From positions 35,721 to 99,720 of the forward strand of contig CACLXJ010000001.1 in the NCBI GenBank assembly GCA_902610845.1: a DNA stretch of 64,000 bases. Reading direction: 5' to 3'. Shown here one piece after another: positions 10,098-21,209 of this stretch. The DNA is from an uncultured Alphaproteobacteria bacterium (GTDB taxonomy: Bacteria; Pseudomonadota; Alphaproteobacteria; HIMB59; GCA-002718135). The translations under genes and the position numbers were made by a program. The notes beneath the pieces are model-generated. The model had not been told where the DNA came from, did no database searches, and saw only the letters and a list, made by a program, of their open reading frames with translations. Within the stretch, counting starts at the first letter, position 1. Each line of letters starts with the position of its first letter.

Positions 10098-10292
10098 TTA
10101 TTTACTATGAGGAGGCATTTTTTTTTCTACGAACCAAACGTGTTTTTTTAACACAGGATCATATTTTTTCATTCGAAGTTTTTCAGCAACTTTCAATCCT
10201 TTTGTAGGTTTTCTTACAATATATTTAGTTCCTGTTTTTGGATTTTCTTCAGGTACTAGTTGTTTAAGAGCGAATGAAGTTTTTTTTGCCAT
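10098..10292 (-). CDS. rpmG: 50S ribosomal protein L33
   Basis: 64 aa and basic. 'KLRMKKYDPVLKKHVWFVEKK' matches the L33 C-terminal pattern. Confidence 0.75.
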   Translation of the reverse strand: MAKKTSFALKQLVPEENPKTGTKYIVRKPTKGLKVAEKLRMKKYDPVLKKHVWFVEKKMPPHSK

Positions 10293-10333
10293 GAGGTGTC
10301 TATACAGAATAATTATATGAAATAAAGTATTAT

Positions 10334-11269
10334 TTATTCATAATCAGAAATTGACTGCTTAATAAAACGATTAAAATTTCCTCTTTTTTTATCAAGTTTA
10401 ATTTGTTGATGTCTTTCAAGTAAGTTGTTTTTCTTTTTGTCAGATGTTTTATCAAAACAATTATGACAAGATACACCTGGTTTATAATATTTATTATAAG
10501 TATCTTTATGACTAATCGGTAACCAACAAGCATGGCAAAGTTTGTAGGATCCATCTTTTAATTCATTTTTCAGAGATACTCTTCCATCAAATACGAAACA
10601 TTCACCATTCCACATTGAATCTTTTTTTGGAGTTTTTTCTAAATACTTAAGTATACCTCCATCTAACTGAGCAACATCTTTAAAACCATTCATCATCATA
10701 TAAGATGAAGCCTTTTCACACCTGATACCTCCAGTGCAAAACATCGCAATTTTTTTGTCTTTTGATTTATTTAGTTTTTTTTGAACAAAAGATTTAAAGT
10801 CAGTAAAACTTTTAGTTTTTGGATTAATTGCTCCTTTAAAAGATCCTATTTTAACCTCAAATTCATTTCTTACATCAATCACAATAGTGTCTTTGTCTTT
10901 AATTATTTTATTCCATTGATTGTATTTAACTTTTTTCCCAGAAATTTTTGTAGGATCAGCAAATTTGGTTCTTAATGTGACTATTTCATTTTTATTTCTA
11001 ATTTTAAGTTTTTGAAAAGGCATATATTTATATTTTGATCGTTTAAGATTAAGTTTCTTAAAGCTAAAATTTTCAAGATATAGAATCAAAGAATTTATGT
11101 TTTTCTCTAAACCAGCAATTGTTCCATTAATGCCTTCATCAGCGATCAATATTGTACCTTTTATTTTATTAAATTTGCAAAAATCTTTAAGTTTAGTAAT
11201 GATATTTTTTTTATCTTTAATTATTTTGAATTGATAAAAAGTAATTATAGTAAAGTACTTGTTGTTCAT
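10334..11269 (-). CDS. trhO: Rhodanese-domain protein, UPF0176/TrhO (tRNA U34 hydroxylase) family
   Basis: 311 aa. Has the rhodanese active-site loop 'MFCTGGIRCEKAS' and a C-terminal Cys-rich tail, with an N-terminal 'ISFYKF'-like start ('ITFYQFK'). Confidence 0.8.
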   Translation of the reverse strand: MNNKYFTIITFYQFKIIKDKKNIITKLKDFCKFNKIKGTILIADEGINGTIAGLEKNINSLILYLENFSFKKLNLKRSKYKYMPFQKLKIRNKNEIVTLRTKFADPTKISGKKVKYNQWNKIIKDKDTIVIDVRNEFEVKIGSFKGAINPKTKSFTDFKSFVQKKLNKSKDKKIAMFCTGGIRCEKASSYMMMNGFKDVAQLDGGILKYLEKTPKKDSMWNGECFVFDGRVSLKNELKDGSYKLCHACWLPISHKDTYNKYYKPGVSCHNCFDKTSDKKKNNLLERHQQIKLDKKRGNFNRFIKQSISDYE

Positions 11270-11302
11270 TTATCTAATTAATATAAAAAACTTTATAAAT
11301 TT

Positions 11303-12196
11303 ATGTCTAAAGAAACCATTAATACTGTTAAAAAGTTTCTCAATAGTTATTCTATAGAAACAACTCCAAATGTTTACGAAAAATATGGAAGCTTTACTGA
11401 ATTTCTTGATAAAAATCATGACATTTATATAACTTATTTACCAGATGAAAATTCAAAAAATGTTATCAGAACGGCAAAAAAATTAAAATTAGAAGGTTAT
11501 GAGGTAATACCCCATTTACCTGCGAGAACTATTGTAAATAAAAATGACTTAGAAAAATATATTGGTGAACTTGCAAATGAATCTGGGTGTTCAAAAATGT
11601 TAATTATTGGTGGTGGTGGAAATCAGGCTGGAGAAATCTCTTCTTCAATTGATGTTTTAAAAACAGATTTTCTATCAAAATATAATTATCAATTTGTAGG
11701 TGTGGCTGGGCATCCCGAAGGAAGCCCAGATATTTCAAATGAAAATTTAGATTTAGCAATTAAACAAAAGAATGATTTTGCAAAAAATGTTGATTTTAAA
11801 ATGTATTTAGCAACACAATTTTTTTTTGAAGCTAAATCTTTAATCGAATGGGAAAAACACTTAGTAAAAATTGGAAATACATTACCAATCCATGCTGGGA
11901 TACCCGGCCCTGCTTCTATTAAAACGTTAATAAATTATGCAAGATCTTGCGGTATTGGAAATTCTTTGAGATTTATTACAAAACAGGCTTTTAACTTAAC
12001 TAAGCTTGCGACATTGAACACTCCTGATAAATTAATTTATGATCTTGCCAAACATAGTGAAATAAACAAATACTCTAAACTTGAAAAAATTCACTTCTAC
12101 GCTTTTGGTGGTATGAAAAAAACATCTGAGTGGTTAAATCAATTTAATAACTCAGATTTTTCTTATAATAATAGACAGAAATTCGAGTTAAATTAG
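11303..12196 (+). CDS. metF: Methylenetetrahydrofolate reductase family protein
   Basis: 297 aa. Contains a MetF-like 'GVAGHPEGSPD', and the length is typical. It lies directly upstream of fhs and sox. Confidence 0.7.
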   Translation: MSKETINTVKKFLNSYSIETTPNVYEKYGSFTEFLDKNHDIYITYLPDENSKNVIRTAKKLKLEGYEVIPHLPARTIVNKNDLEKYIGELANESGCSKMLIIGGGGNQAGEISSSIDVLKTDFLSKYNYQFVGVAGHPEGSPDISNENLDLAIKQKNDFAKNVDFKMYLATQFFFEAKSLIEWEKHLVKIGNTLPIHAGIPGPASIKTLINYARSCGIGNSLRFITKQAFNLTKLATLNTPDKLIYDLAKHSEINKYSKLEKIHFYAFGGMKKTSEWLNQFNNSDFSYNNRQKFELN

Positions 12197-12289
12197 CTTC
12201 TTCACAATTTTTTAATCTTTTAATGAAACAAAAGTTGTTTGAAATAAAAGTTAATCTATAGATCAATTATCTTATTATTTAGGAGCCTC

Positions 12290-13963
12290 ATGTCAGATAT
12301 TGAAATAGCAAGACAAGCTAAAATGAAACCTATTAGTGAAATTCTAAAGGGGCTTGATGTACCAGATACACCAGAAGCATTTAGTCCTATGGGTCGTCAC
12401 ATAGCTAAAATAAACTTGGAGTACATAGAGTCACTTAATAAAAATAAAGATGGTAAACTTGTTCTAGTCTCAGCAATAACTCCAACACCAGCAGGAGAAG
12501 GTAAAACAACAACTTCTGTTGGATTAAGTGATGGTCTTAATAAATTAGGAAAAAAATCTATTGTTTGTTTAAGAGAGCCGAGTCTTGGACCATCATTCGG
12601 TATGAAAGGTGGGGCAGCTGGTGGCGGTTATGCTCAAGTAGTTCCAATGGAACAAATTAATCTGCATTTTACTGGAGATTTTCATGCAATTACGTCAGCT
12701 CATAATTTACTTTCTGCATTAATTGATAATCATATCTACTGGGGAAATAAATTGAATATTGATGTTAGAAGAGTTGTTTGGAAGAGAGTAATGGATATGA
12801 ATGATAGGTCACTGAGATCAATTGTTGTTGATTTAGGAGGAGTTGCAAATGGATATCCCAGACAAGATGGTTTTGATATTACTGTTGCATCGGAAATAAT
12901 GGCAATTTTCTGCTTAGCAAAAGACTTAAAAGATCTGGAAAAGAGAATAGGAAATATAACTATTGCTTATACACGAGACAAAAAATCTATCTTTGCAAAA
13001 GATTTAAAGGCACAAGGTCCTATGACAGTATTGTTAAAAGATGCAATTAGACCAAACATAACACAAACGTTAGAAAATAATCCTGCAATAATTCATGGTG
13101 GACCATTTGCAAATATTGCTCATGGTTGTAATTCTGTAATTGCAACTAAAGCTAGTTTAAAATTAAGTGATTATGTTGTAACTGAAGCAGGCTTTGGAGC
13201 TGATTTAGGAGCAGAAAAATTCCTTGATATAAAATGTAGAAAATCAAATTTAAAACCTGATTGTGTTGTTTTGGTAGCTACAATTAGAGCACTAAAAATG
13301 CATGGTGATGTTTCCAAAGAAGATCTAAAAAATGAAAATGTTAATGCTCTTAAAAAAGGTTTAGTAAATCTAGAAAGACATATTAATAATATTAGAAAAT
13401 TTGGGTTACCAGTAACTGTTGCAATTAATAATTTTGTCACTGATTCTAAAGCTGAAGTTGATGCAGTCCTAGATTTTTGTAAAACTCAAGGAGTCAAGGC
13501 TTCTATGTGTACCCACTGGTCTGATGGTGGTGATGGTGCAACAGAATTAGCTAAAAATGTAATAGATATGTGTGAAGAAAGTAAAAGTACATTTAAATTT
13601 TTATATGAAGATGATTTAACTCTATTCAAAAAAATAGAAAAAATTGCACAGGAGATTTATCACGCAAGTGAAGTCGTCGCAGACACAAAAGTACGTCAAC
13701 AATTGAAGGATTTTGAAACTAAAGGATTTGGCAAATTGCCTGTTTGTATTGCAAAAACTCAATATAGTTTTTCAACTGATCCTAATTTAAAAGGTGCCCC
13801 TACTGGCCACGTTTTACCTATTAGAGAAGTAAGATTATCATCGGGAGCAGAATTTATAGTGGTTGTCTGCGGCGATATTATGACCATGCCAGGTCTACCA
13901 AGTGTGCCTGCGGCAAATTCGATAAAGCTAAATGACCATGGAGAAATTGAAGGTCTATTTTAA
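12290..13963 (+). CDS. fhs: Formate--tetrahydrofolate ligase
   Basis: 557 aa. '[17 protein letters not shown]' and '[18 protein letters not shown]' are FTHFS signatures. SD 'aggag' lies upstream. Confidence 0.95.
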   Translation: MSDIEIARQAKMKPISEILKGLDVPDTPEAFSPMGRHIAKINLEYIESLNKNKDGKLVLVSAITPTPAGEGKTTTSVGLSDGLNKLGKKSIVCLREPSLGPSFGMKGGAAGGGYAQVVPMEQINLHFTGDFHAITSAHNLLSALIDNHIYWGNKLNIDVRRVVWKRVMDMNDRSLRSIVVDLGGVANGYPRQDGFDITVASEIMAIFCLAKDLKDLEKRIGNITIAYTRDKKSIFAKDLKAQGPMTVLLKDAIRPNITQTLENNPAIIHGGPFANIAHGCNSVIATKASLKLSDYVVTEAGFGADLGAEKFLDIKCRKSNLKPDCVVLVATIRALKMHGDVSKEDLKNENVNALKKGLVNLERHINNIRKFGLPVTVAINNFVTDSKAEVDAVLDFCKTQGVKASMCTHWSDGGDGATELAKNVIDMCEESKSTFKFLYEDDLTLFKKIEKIAQEIYHASEVVADTKVRQQLKDFETKGFGKLPVCIAKTQYSFSTDPNLKGAPTGHVLPIREVRLSSGAEFIVVVCGDIMTMPGLPSVPAANSIKLNDHGEIEGLF

Positions 13964-13983
13964 AACTGCTATAAAGAGTTATA

Positions 13984-15240
13984 ATGTTTAACAATAAATA
14001 TTCATTTCTATCTATTGCTAGAAACGCTTTAAGTCATCATGAGAATTGGCAGAAGACATGGAATAGTCCTGAACCAAAAAAAAATTATGATGCAATAATA
14101 GTCGGTGGTGGTGGACACGGCTTAACTACAGCGTACTATTTAGCAAAAAACCATGGAATTAATAATATTGCTGTAATTGAAAAAGGTTGGATAGGCGGAG
14201 GAAATACAGGAAGAAATACAACTATAATTAGATCGAACTATTTATGGGATCAAAGTGCAGCTTTATACGAGCATGCATTAAAACTTTGGGAGGGTATGTC
14301 TCAAGAATTAAATTACAACGTAATGTTTTCTCAAAGAGGAGTTTTGAATGTTGCTCATAATCTTCATGATGTTAGAGAATTGAAAAGACGTTGGCATGCA
14401 AACAGACTAAATGATATCGATTGTGAATGGCTAGATACAAAAAAAGTCAAAGAATTTTGTCCAATAATTAATACTTCACCAAACATTAGATATCCTGTTT
14501 TAGGGGCAACACTACAAAGAAGAGCAGGAACTGCAAGACATGATGCTGTTGCATGGGGTTATGCAAGAGGAGCTGATGAAATGGGAGTTGATATAATTCA
14601 AAATTGTGAAGTAACTGGTATTAATGTAAAAAATGGAAATGTGACTGGTATTGAAACAACAAAAGGAACCATTAGTTCAAATAAAATTGGAATAGCTGCT
14701 GCAGGTCATACCAGTGTTATTGCCAATATGGCAGGTATCAAATTACCTCTAGAGAGTAAACCATTACAAGCTCTAGTTTCAGAACCAGTAAAACCAGTTA
14801 TTGATACTGTAGTAATGTCAAATACAATTCATGCGTATGTATCTCAATCTGATAAAGGAGAATTAGTTATTGGTGCTGGAACAGATGGATACACTTCATA
14901 TACTCAAAGAGGTGGCTTCAACATTGTTGAAGATACATTAATGGCAATAGTTGAATTGTTTCCAATATTTTCTAGAATGAAAATGCTTCGTCACTGGGGA
15001 GGTATTGTCGATATATGCCCTGATGCAAGCCCCATTATCAGTAAGACTCACATAAACGGATTATATTTTAATTGTGGTTGGGGAACAGGTGGTTTCAAAG
15101 CTACACCGGGTTCCGGCTGGGTATTTGCCCACACTATAGCAAATGATCAAGCACATGAATTAAATGCTCCTTTTACAATAAACAGATTTTCTAGCGGCGA
15201 GTTAGTTGATGAACATGGTGCAGCTGCCGTAGCTCATTAA
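13984..15240 (+). CDS. soxB: Sarcosine oxidase, beta subunit
   Basis: 418 aa. Has the FAD motif '[17 protein letters not shown]'. Gene order is soxB-D-A-G. Confidence 0.9.
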   Translation: MFNNKYSFLSIARNALSHHENWQKTWNSPEPKKNYDAIIVGGGGHGLTTAYYLAKNHGINNIAVIEKGWIGGGNTGRNTTIIRSNYLWDQSAALYEHALKLWEGMSQELNYNVMFSQRGVLNVAHNLHDVRELKRRWHANRLNDIDCEWLDTKKVKEFCPIINTSPNIRYPVLGATLQRRAGTARHDAVAWGYARGADEMGVDIIQNCEVTGINVKNGNVTGIETTKGTISSNKIGIAAAGHTSVIANMAGIKLPLESKPLQALVSEPVKPVIDTVVMSNTIHAYVSQSDKGELVIGAGTDGYTSYTQRGGFNIVEDTLMAIVELFPIFSRMKMLRHWGGIVDICPDASPIISKTHINGLYFNCGWGTGGFKATPGSGWVFAHTIANDQAHELNAPFTINRFSSGELVDEHGAAAVAH

Positions 15241-15243
15241 ATA

Positions 15244-15600
15244 ATGTTTTTAATAAATTGCCCTTACTGTGGAGAAAGAGATCAAGCTGAATTTACTTGT
15301 GGAGGTGAAGCTCACATTGCAAGACCAAAAAATCCTCCTGAACTCTCTGACGAGCAATGGGCAGAATATTTATTCTTGCGAAAGAACGAAAAAGGTATTC
15401 ATTATGAAAGATGGAACCATGAATATGGATGTAGACAATGGTTTAATTTAGCAAGAAATACCGCAACGGATGAAATTCTCGCAGCATATAAGATGGGAGA
15501 AACTCCTCCTAAATTAAAAGCAAATATTCCAGCTACTCCTTCAGGTGAGCCAAGTATTGGATCAGGGAATTTATCAACGTCGAAAAAAGATAGATTTTAA
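15244..15600 (+). CDS. soxD: Sarcosine oxidase, delta subunit
   Basis: 118 aa. N-terminal 'INCPYCGERDQAEFTCGGEAH' zinc-binding motif is typical of SoxD. Confidence 0.85.
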   Translation: MFLINCPYCGERDQAEFTCGGEAHIARPKNPPELSDEQWAEYLFLRKNEKGIHYERWNHEYGCRQWFNLARNTATDEILAAYKMGETPPKLKANIPATPSGEPSIGSGNLSTSKKDRF

Positions 15601-15608
15601 AAATAAAG

Positions 15609-18599
15609 ATGAGATACAAAAATAATAAAAATCTTGAGAATAATAAGTCTATTAGGTTCTATTTTGATAATAAAGAATATTTTGGATTTGAAGGTGACAC
15701 CCTAGCTTCAGCACTTCTTGCAAATGATGTTCACTTAGTTGGAAGAAGTTTTAAATATCATCGACCGCGGGGTATTTATACAGCAGGCAGTGAAGAACCT
15801 AATGGAATTGTTCAGCTTGAGACTAAAGAATATACCGAACCCAATAGAAGAGTAACTGAGGTTCAGATATATGAAGGTTTAAAAGCTTTTAGTCAAAATA
15901 ATTGGCCGACGGTGAAATTTGATGCTGGTGCTATAAATGATTTACTATCCCCATTTTTTCCCGCAGGATTTTATTATAAGACCTTTATGTGGCCGCCAAA
16001 ATTTTGGAAGGCATATGAATTTTTTATAAGACACGCTGCAGGACTTGGTAAATCTCCAAAAAAAGATGATCCCCACAAATACGAACATTTTCATTATCAT
16101 TGTGATGTTCTGGTTGTTGGAGCGGGAGTAAGTGGATTAGTTTCAGCAGACATTGCAGCAAGTAAAAATTATAAAGTATTACTAGTTGAGCAAGAAGACG
16201 AACTTGGAGGTGAAATCTTATCTACGAAAAATGAAAATGTTAAAATAGATAACTTACCAATTAATGAATGGAAAAATAAAATAATTGATAAACTTTCAAA
16301 AAATCCAAATGTAAAAATAATCAAAAATACAACTTGTTTTGCTTATTTAAATTATAATTTATTATTAGCTGTACAGGAAATTGATCCAGAAAAAGGATTA
16401 AACAAAAAAAATGATATTAAGGAAAGAATTTGGAAAATTAGATCAAAAAAAGTTATTCTTGCAACAGGTGCAATAGAAAGACCAATAATTTTTAATAATA
16501 ATGATAGACCCGGTATTATGCTTTCTAACAGTGCAAAAAAATACCTAAATAAGTATGGAGTTTCACCTGGAAAAAATTTAGTTTTTTTTACAAACAATGA
16601 TAGTGCTTATGAAACTGCAATAGATTTTTTTGAACAGGGTATAAAAGTAGAAGCTATTGTTGATGCTAGAGACCATAGTGATGGTTATTTTCCTAAGAAA
16701 GCCAATAAATTAGGTATTACTATCCTTAAAGGGTATGAAATTAGCGATACTGTTGGAAGATTAAAAATTAGAGAAATAAAATTAAAAAAAATTACAACTA
16801 AAAAAAATAATGAAAAATCTTCTATTAATATTAAATGTGATCTTTTAGCAATTGCTGGTGGTTGGACACCTACTGTCCATTTATTTACTCAATCAAAAGG
16901 AAAACTAAAATTTAGAGATTCAGATGGAAGTTTTATTCCTAGTGAAATATATCAAGATACATTATGTGTTGGCAGTTGCAATGGTGATTATGATTTAAAT
17001 GAAATATTATTAAAAACTCAAGAAGATACATTAATGTATTTAAATGATAACCAGGAAAATAAAATTGGTGAGGTAAATTATAAATCAGATAATCTAAAAT
17101 ATGGTAAACATCAAAATATTTGGATTACTTCTAAAAATAACATCTCGCGAACTAAAATGTTTGTGGACTTTCAAAATGATGTTACAGCAAAAGATATTAA
17201 ATTAGCTTTAAAAGAGGGCTTTCAATCCATTGAACATGTCAAACGATATACAACTACAGGAATGGCAACTGATCAAGGTAAGACTAGTAATGTTAATGCT
17301 CTTGGAATAATTTCAGAGTTAACAAATAATGAAATTTCTGAATTAGGCACGACAACATTTCGTTTACCCTATAAACCTGTAACTTTTGGTGCGCTTGCCG
17401 GACGGCATGTAAAAGAATTTTTTGATTTAGAAAGAACAAGTCCGATGCATCAATGGCATATTGATAATAAAGCTTTATTTGAAGATGTAGGTCAATGGAA
17501 AAGAGCTTGGTATTATCCCAAGAAGAATGAGGGCTTTCAGTTTGCATTAAATAGAGAAGTAAAGGCAACTAGAGATAGTCTAGGAATATTAGATGCATCA
17601 ACTCTTGGTAAAATAGATATTAAAGGAAGAGATGTTAGTGAATTTTTAAATAGAGTTTACACAAACTCTTGGTCAAAATTAGAAATTGGAAAATGTCGAT
17701 ATGGGGTAATGTTGGGTGACGATGGTATGGTCATTGATGATGGTGTAACAACTAGATTAGATGAGTTTCATTATCTTATGTCAACAACAACAGGAAATGC
17801 AGCATCAGTTATGTCAAAATTAGAAGATTGGTTACAAACAGAATGGCCAGAACTAGAAGTATATCTAACATCAGTTACAGAAAACTATGGAACAATAAGC
17901 TTAAATGGTCCAAATTCAAAAAAATTGATGCAAAAATTAGTTCCAGATTTTGATTTTTCTAAAGAAAATTTTCCTCATATGAGTTTTAGAAATATTCATA
18001 TTAATGGAATAAAGTGTAGAGTCATGCGCATAAGCTTTACAGGGGAAATGTGTTATGAAATAAATGTTCCATCTGGCTATGCTAAGAATCTTTGGGAACT
18101 TTGTATAGATAAAGGTAAAGAATTTAATATTACTCCATATGGAACTGAAGCAATGCATGTACTTCGTGCTGAAAAAGGATTTATTATTGTTGGTCAAGAA
18201 ACAGATGGATCAGTGACACCAATAGATCTAGATATGGATTGGATAGTTAGTAAAAAGAAATATGATTTTATTGGTAAAAGGGCATTATATAGAAGTGATA
18301 CTATTAAAAAAGATAGGAAACAATTGGTTGGATTAAAAACTAAAGATCCAAATAAAGTTCTTGAAGAAGGATCACAATTGGTTGAAGAAATAACTGCCCT
18401 ACCTATGAAAATGGTTGGTCACGTGACCTCTAGTTACTATTCACCAAATTTAAAAAGTTCTTTTGCTTTAGCTTTAATAAAAGGTGGTCTTGAAAAAAAA
18501 GGAAGTGTTTTAATTGCTCCAATGAAAAATGAAAATATTGAGGTAGAAATAACTAGTCCAATATTTATTGATCCTGAGAATCAAAGGGTTAATCAATGA
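15609..18599 (+). CDS. soxA: Sarcosine oxidase, alpha subunit
   Basis: 996 aa. An N-terminal 2Fe-2S-like/NAD fold ('VLVVGAGVSGL') is followed by a C-terminal GcvT-like folate-binding domain. Confidence 0.9.
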   Translation: MRYKNNKNLENNKSIRFYFDNKEYFGFEGDTLASALLANDVHLVGRSFKYHRPRGIYTAGSEEPNGIVQLETKEYTEPNRRVTEVQIYEGLKAFSQNNWPTVKFDAGAINDLLSPFFPAGFYYKTFMWPPKFWKAYEFFIRHAAGLGKSPKKDDPHKYEHFHYHCDVLVVGAGVSGLVSADIAASKNYKVLLVEQEDELGGEILSTKNENVKIDNLPINEWKNKIIDKLSKNPNVKIIKNTTCFAYLNYNLLLAVQEIDPEKGLNKKNDIKERIWKIRSKKVILATGAIERPIIFNNNDRPGIMLSNSAKKYLNKYGVSPGKNLVFFTNNDSAYETAIDFFEQGIKVEAIVDARDHSDGYFPKKANKLGITILKGYEISDTVGRLKIREIKLKKITTKKNNEKSSINIKCDLLAIAGGWTPTVHLFTQSKGKLKFRDSDGSFIPSEIYQDTLCVGSCNGDYDLNEILLKTQEDTLMYLNDNQENKIGEVNYKSDNLKYGKHQNIWITSKNNISRTKMFVDFQNDVTAKDIKLALKEGFQSIEHVKRYTTTGMATDQGKTSNVNALGIISELTNNEISELGTTTFRLPYKPVTFGALAGRHVKEFFDLERTSPMHQWHIDNKALFEDVGQWKRAWYYPKKNEGFQFALNREVKATRDSLGILDASTLGKIDIKGRDVSEFLNRVYTNSWSKLEIGKCRYGVMLGDDGMVIDDGVTTRLDEFHYLMSTTTGNAASVMSKLEDWLQTEWPELEVYLTSVTENYGTISLNGPNSKKLMQKLVPDFDFSKENFPHMSFRNIHINGIKCRVMRISFTGEMCYEINVPSGYAKNLWELCIDKGKEFNITPYGTEAMHVLRAEKGFIIVGQETDGSVTPIDLDMDWIVSKKKYDFIGKRALYRSDTIKKDRKQLVGLKTKDPNKVLEEGSQLVEEITALPMKMVGHVTSSYYSPNLKSSFALALIKGGLEKKGSVLIAPMKNENIEVEITSPIFIDPENQRVNQ

Positions 18600-19171
18600 G
18601 TTTAACTTATAGTAATGTGTTGAATATAAATAAAAAAAATTACAATGGAGTAACAATAGAAGAAAGAGCTTTTTCAGGTAAAATAAATATACGAGGTAAA
18701 AGTTCAGATAAAGAATTTATGAAAAATATAGGCTCAGTATTAAACCTGGTTTTACCAATTGAGCCAAATGTAAGAATTTTTAATAATAATATTAGTATTA
18801 TGTGGCTTGGTCCTAATGAGTGGTTAGTTGAAACACCAAAAAATGAGAAAGATGAAATTATTTCTCTTTTAGAATCTAATCTCAATCCAGAAAAAACAGC
18901 AATAACTGATGTTTCATTTAATAAAACTGTTTTACGGCTTGAAGGGGAAAAGGTTTTTATTTTACTTTCTAAATTTCTTGTAGCCAACTTAGAAAAAATT
19001 TTGGAAACTAATTTTTCTGTAGCCCAAACTATATTTATAAAAATTCCAGTACTTTTTATTAGAAATAATAATGATAAAGAAGAGACTTCACTAGATTTAC
19101 ATTTAAACAGATCACATGCAAAATATGTTTATGATTTATTAGTTGATGGTAGTAAAAATCTTAATATTTAA
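18596..19171 (+). CDS. soxG: Sarcosine oxidase, gamma subunit
   Basis: 191 aa. Its start overlaps the soxA stop (ATGA), and its position is the fourth gene of the sox operon. Confidence 0.75.
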   Translation: MSLTYSNVLNINKKNYNGVTIEERAFSGKINIRGKSSDKEFMKNIGSVLNLVLPIEPNVRIFNNNISIMWLGPNEWLVETPKNEKDEIISLLESNLNPEKTAITDVSFNKTVLRLEGEKVFILLSKFLVANLEKILETNFSVAQTIFIKIPVLFIRNNNDKEETSLDLHLNRSHAKYVYDLLVDGSKNLNI

Positions 19172-19625
19172 TTTATTTTTTATCTTAATCTCTTTAAGCA
19201 CAGTATCATCTGGTAAAACTATATTTGGAAAAGCAAAAGTAATTGATGGTGATACTATACATATTAACAAAAATAAAATAAGACTGCATGCTATTGATGC
19301 ACCTGAAACAAATCAAACATGTAATAAAAATAGCAAAGTCTGGAATTGTGGTGTGGAATCAACAAAATTCTTAAAAGAATTAATTGGTAATAATAAAATT
19401 GAATGCATAACACAAGGCAAGGATCAATATAATAGATTTATTGGAGTCTGCTATAAAGATAATTTAGATTTAAATAGTGAAATGGTTCTGAATGGATGGG
19501 CGATAGCTTATCGTTATTATTCAAAAGATTATGTTGAAGAAGAAGAAGAAGCAAAACAAGAAAAAAAAGGTATATGGATTGGGGATTTTGAAGAGCCATA
19601 TTTATTCAGAAAGAAAAATAAATAA
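19146..19625 (+). CDS. Secreted thermonuclease (staphylococcal nuclease, SNase-like)
   Basis: Has an N-terminal signal peptide, then 'VIDGDTIHINKNKIRLHAIDAPE' and 'NSEMVLNGWAIAY', which are typical SNase motifs. The ATG at 19146 overlaps the soxG 3' end. Confidence 0.75.
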   Translation: MVVKILIFNLFFILISLSTVSSGKTIFGKAKVIDGDTIHINKNKIRLHAIDAPETNQTCNKNSKVWNCGVESTKFLKELIGNNKIECITQGKDQYNRFIGVCYKDNLDLNSEMVLNGWAIAYRYYSKDYVEEEEEAKQEKKGIWIGDFEEPYLFRKKNK

Positions 19626-20297
19626 TCAACCATGATGTTGGGAATCTTTTAAATAAATTAAATCTTCTATTTCTTTATCTTTATTTTTAATTATTTTTTT
19701 TAGCTCATTTAATTCATTTTCAAAACTACGATTTTTTTGTTCGATTTGTCTAAGTTCTGATTTTAGTATTGAATTTTCAATATTTACTTCTTTCATATCT
19801 TCAGTTGATACAGAACTTTCTAATTCTATTTGTAATTTTTTAACAAGATCTTCGTATTTTAACAATTGTTGATTTAATTCAGTTATTTTATTTTCAAGTG
19901 TGTTAAGTTTCTCGATACTTTCCGAATTATTTTCAAATGTATTATTTTCTAGATCTGATATGTTGTTTATAGATTGTTCATAATCATTCTTAATTATATC
20001 TAATGATTCATTTAAATTGCTTATTTCTTCACGTAAATTTTTTATTTGATCATCTCTAAATTTTAATCGCTGATCTTTTTGAAATATCTCAAGTTTAAGT
20101 TCTTGTATTTCAGATCGTAAACTTGTTTCATCAACGACACTACTAGGAATGATTTCAATAGGTGGTTCAATTTGATCAGTAGAAAAATCTAAAGAAGGTA
20201 AATAGAAAAAAATACCAAAGATAGCTATAGTTGAAATGACTAGTAAGATTCTGTTTCTTCTTCTTCTTCTTGCTTGTAAACCAACAAAACCTACCAT
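19626..20297 (-). CDS. Membrane-anchored coiled-coil protein (hypothetical)
   Basis: 223 aa. 'RRRRRNR' is followed by one TM helix, then about 170 aa of heptad-like E/K/L/N-rich sequence. Confidence 0.5.
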   Translation of the reverse strand: MVGFVGLQARRRRRNRILLVISTIAIFGIFFYLPSLDFSTDQIEPPIEIIPSSVVDETSLRSEIQELKLEIFQKDQRLKFRDDQIKNLREEISNLNESLDIIKNDYEQSINNISDLENNTFENNSESIEKLNTLENKITELNQQLLKYEDLVKKLQIELESSVSTEDMKEVNIENSILKSELRQIEQKNRSFENELNELKKIIKNKDKEIEDLIYLKDSQHHG

Positions 20298-20335
20298 ACG
20301 AACTCTATAAAACGGTAAGTGTAAAAAATAAATAT

Positions 20336-21163
20336 TTAATTATTAATTTTCGGATCTAAAGAATATGTGGTTAACCTTAAGTACTGAGTAATTTTTTTGA
20401 TATCTCCAATTTTTGCAAGGATTTCGTAAGGTATAAGTGAACCAAAGTACATATGGATATCATCACCTATCTTTCTTTTCAGTTCATACATACATAAAGA
20501 GTATCTAAATGTTTGTCCGATTTTATTAGCAATGTGGTAAAGTTGACTATTCTGACCGTCAAAAAAAATTGGTAACACAGGGCTTTTAGTTTTAAGAACT
20601 AGTTTTGATACCCATTGTTTCCACTCACCATCATCAGCTTTTGTATTTTTTTTTAAGTTATGTTTAGTTGCTATCGTCCCAGAAGGGAAAAGAACTAGAA
20701 CACCTTCATTATGCAAAACTTTTTCAGCTTCTTTACGTGTATTAATGTTAGTTATTAGAGCTTCTCTATTTTCATTAAAATCAATTGGTAATATTTTGTC
20801 TTTTACTGCCTCTGCTTGCCTTAAGACTTTATGTGTAACCATTTTATAATCTTGTCTTACTTTTGAAATTGCTGAACATATAGATACACCATCAGCAACT
20901 CCAAAAGCATGATTTGCTATAACAATTAATTTTCCTTTTTTTGGAATGTAACTACCTTCCTGAAAATTAGTTATTAAAGTAAAATTTAATTTATCTACTG
21001 CATCATCCCAAAAAAGCTCAGGAGGTCTATTTTCAGATAAATATTCATCATATAATTTTTTTAATTTTAATTTTCCTGTAAATAATTCAGTAATCTTAAT
21101 AAATATTTGGCCTATAAAATTTATTTCCGCTGTTGCAAAAGTAAATACAATTTTATTTTTCAT
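20336..21163 (-). CDS. Acyltransferase (PlsC/lysophospholipid acyltransferase superfamily)
   Basis: 275 aa. Contains 'ANHAFGVADG', an HX4-5D-like acyltransferase box, and 'FPSGT', a box-III-like motif. Confidence 0.55.
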   Translation of the reverse strand: MKNKIVFTFATAEINFIGQIFIKITELFTGKLKLKKLYDEYLSENRPPELFWDDAVDKLNFTLITNFQEGSYIPKKGKLIVIANHAFGVADGVSICSAISKVRQDYKMVTHKVLRQAEAVKDKILPIDFNENREALITNINTRKEAEKVLHNEGVLVLFPSGTIATKHNLKKNTKADDGEWKQWVSKLVLKTKSPVLPIFFDGQNSQLYHIANKIGQTFRYSLCMYELKRKIGDDIHMYFGSLIPYEILAKIGDIKKITQYLRLTTYSLDPKINN

Positions 21164-21209
21164 AATGAAAATAAATCAATTTAAATAAAATAAGTATTTT
21201 TCAAATATA

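Noticed and set aside
12197-12289. The 93-nt leader upstream of fhs, as a possible THF or glycine riboswitch.
   Set aside because: It has only a weak AAACAA/TTGTTT hairpin. It lacks the conserved GC-rich helices and pseudoknot elements expected for those riboswitch classes.
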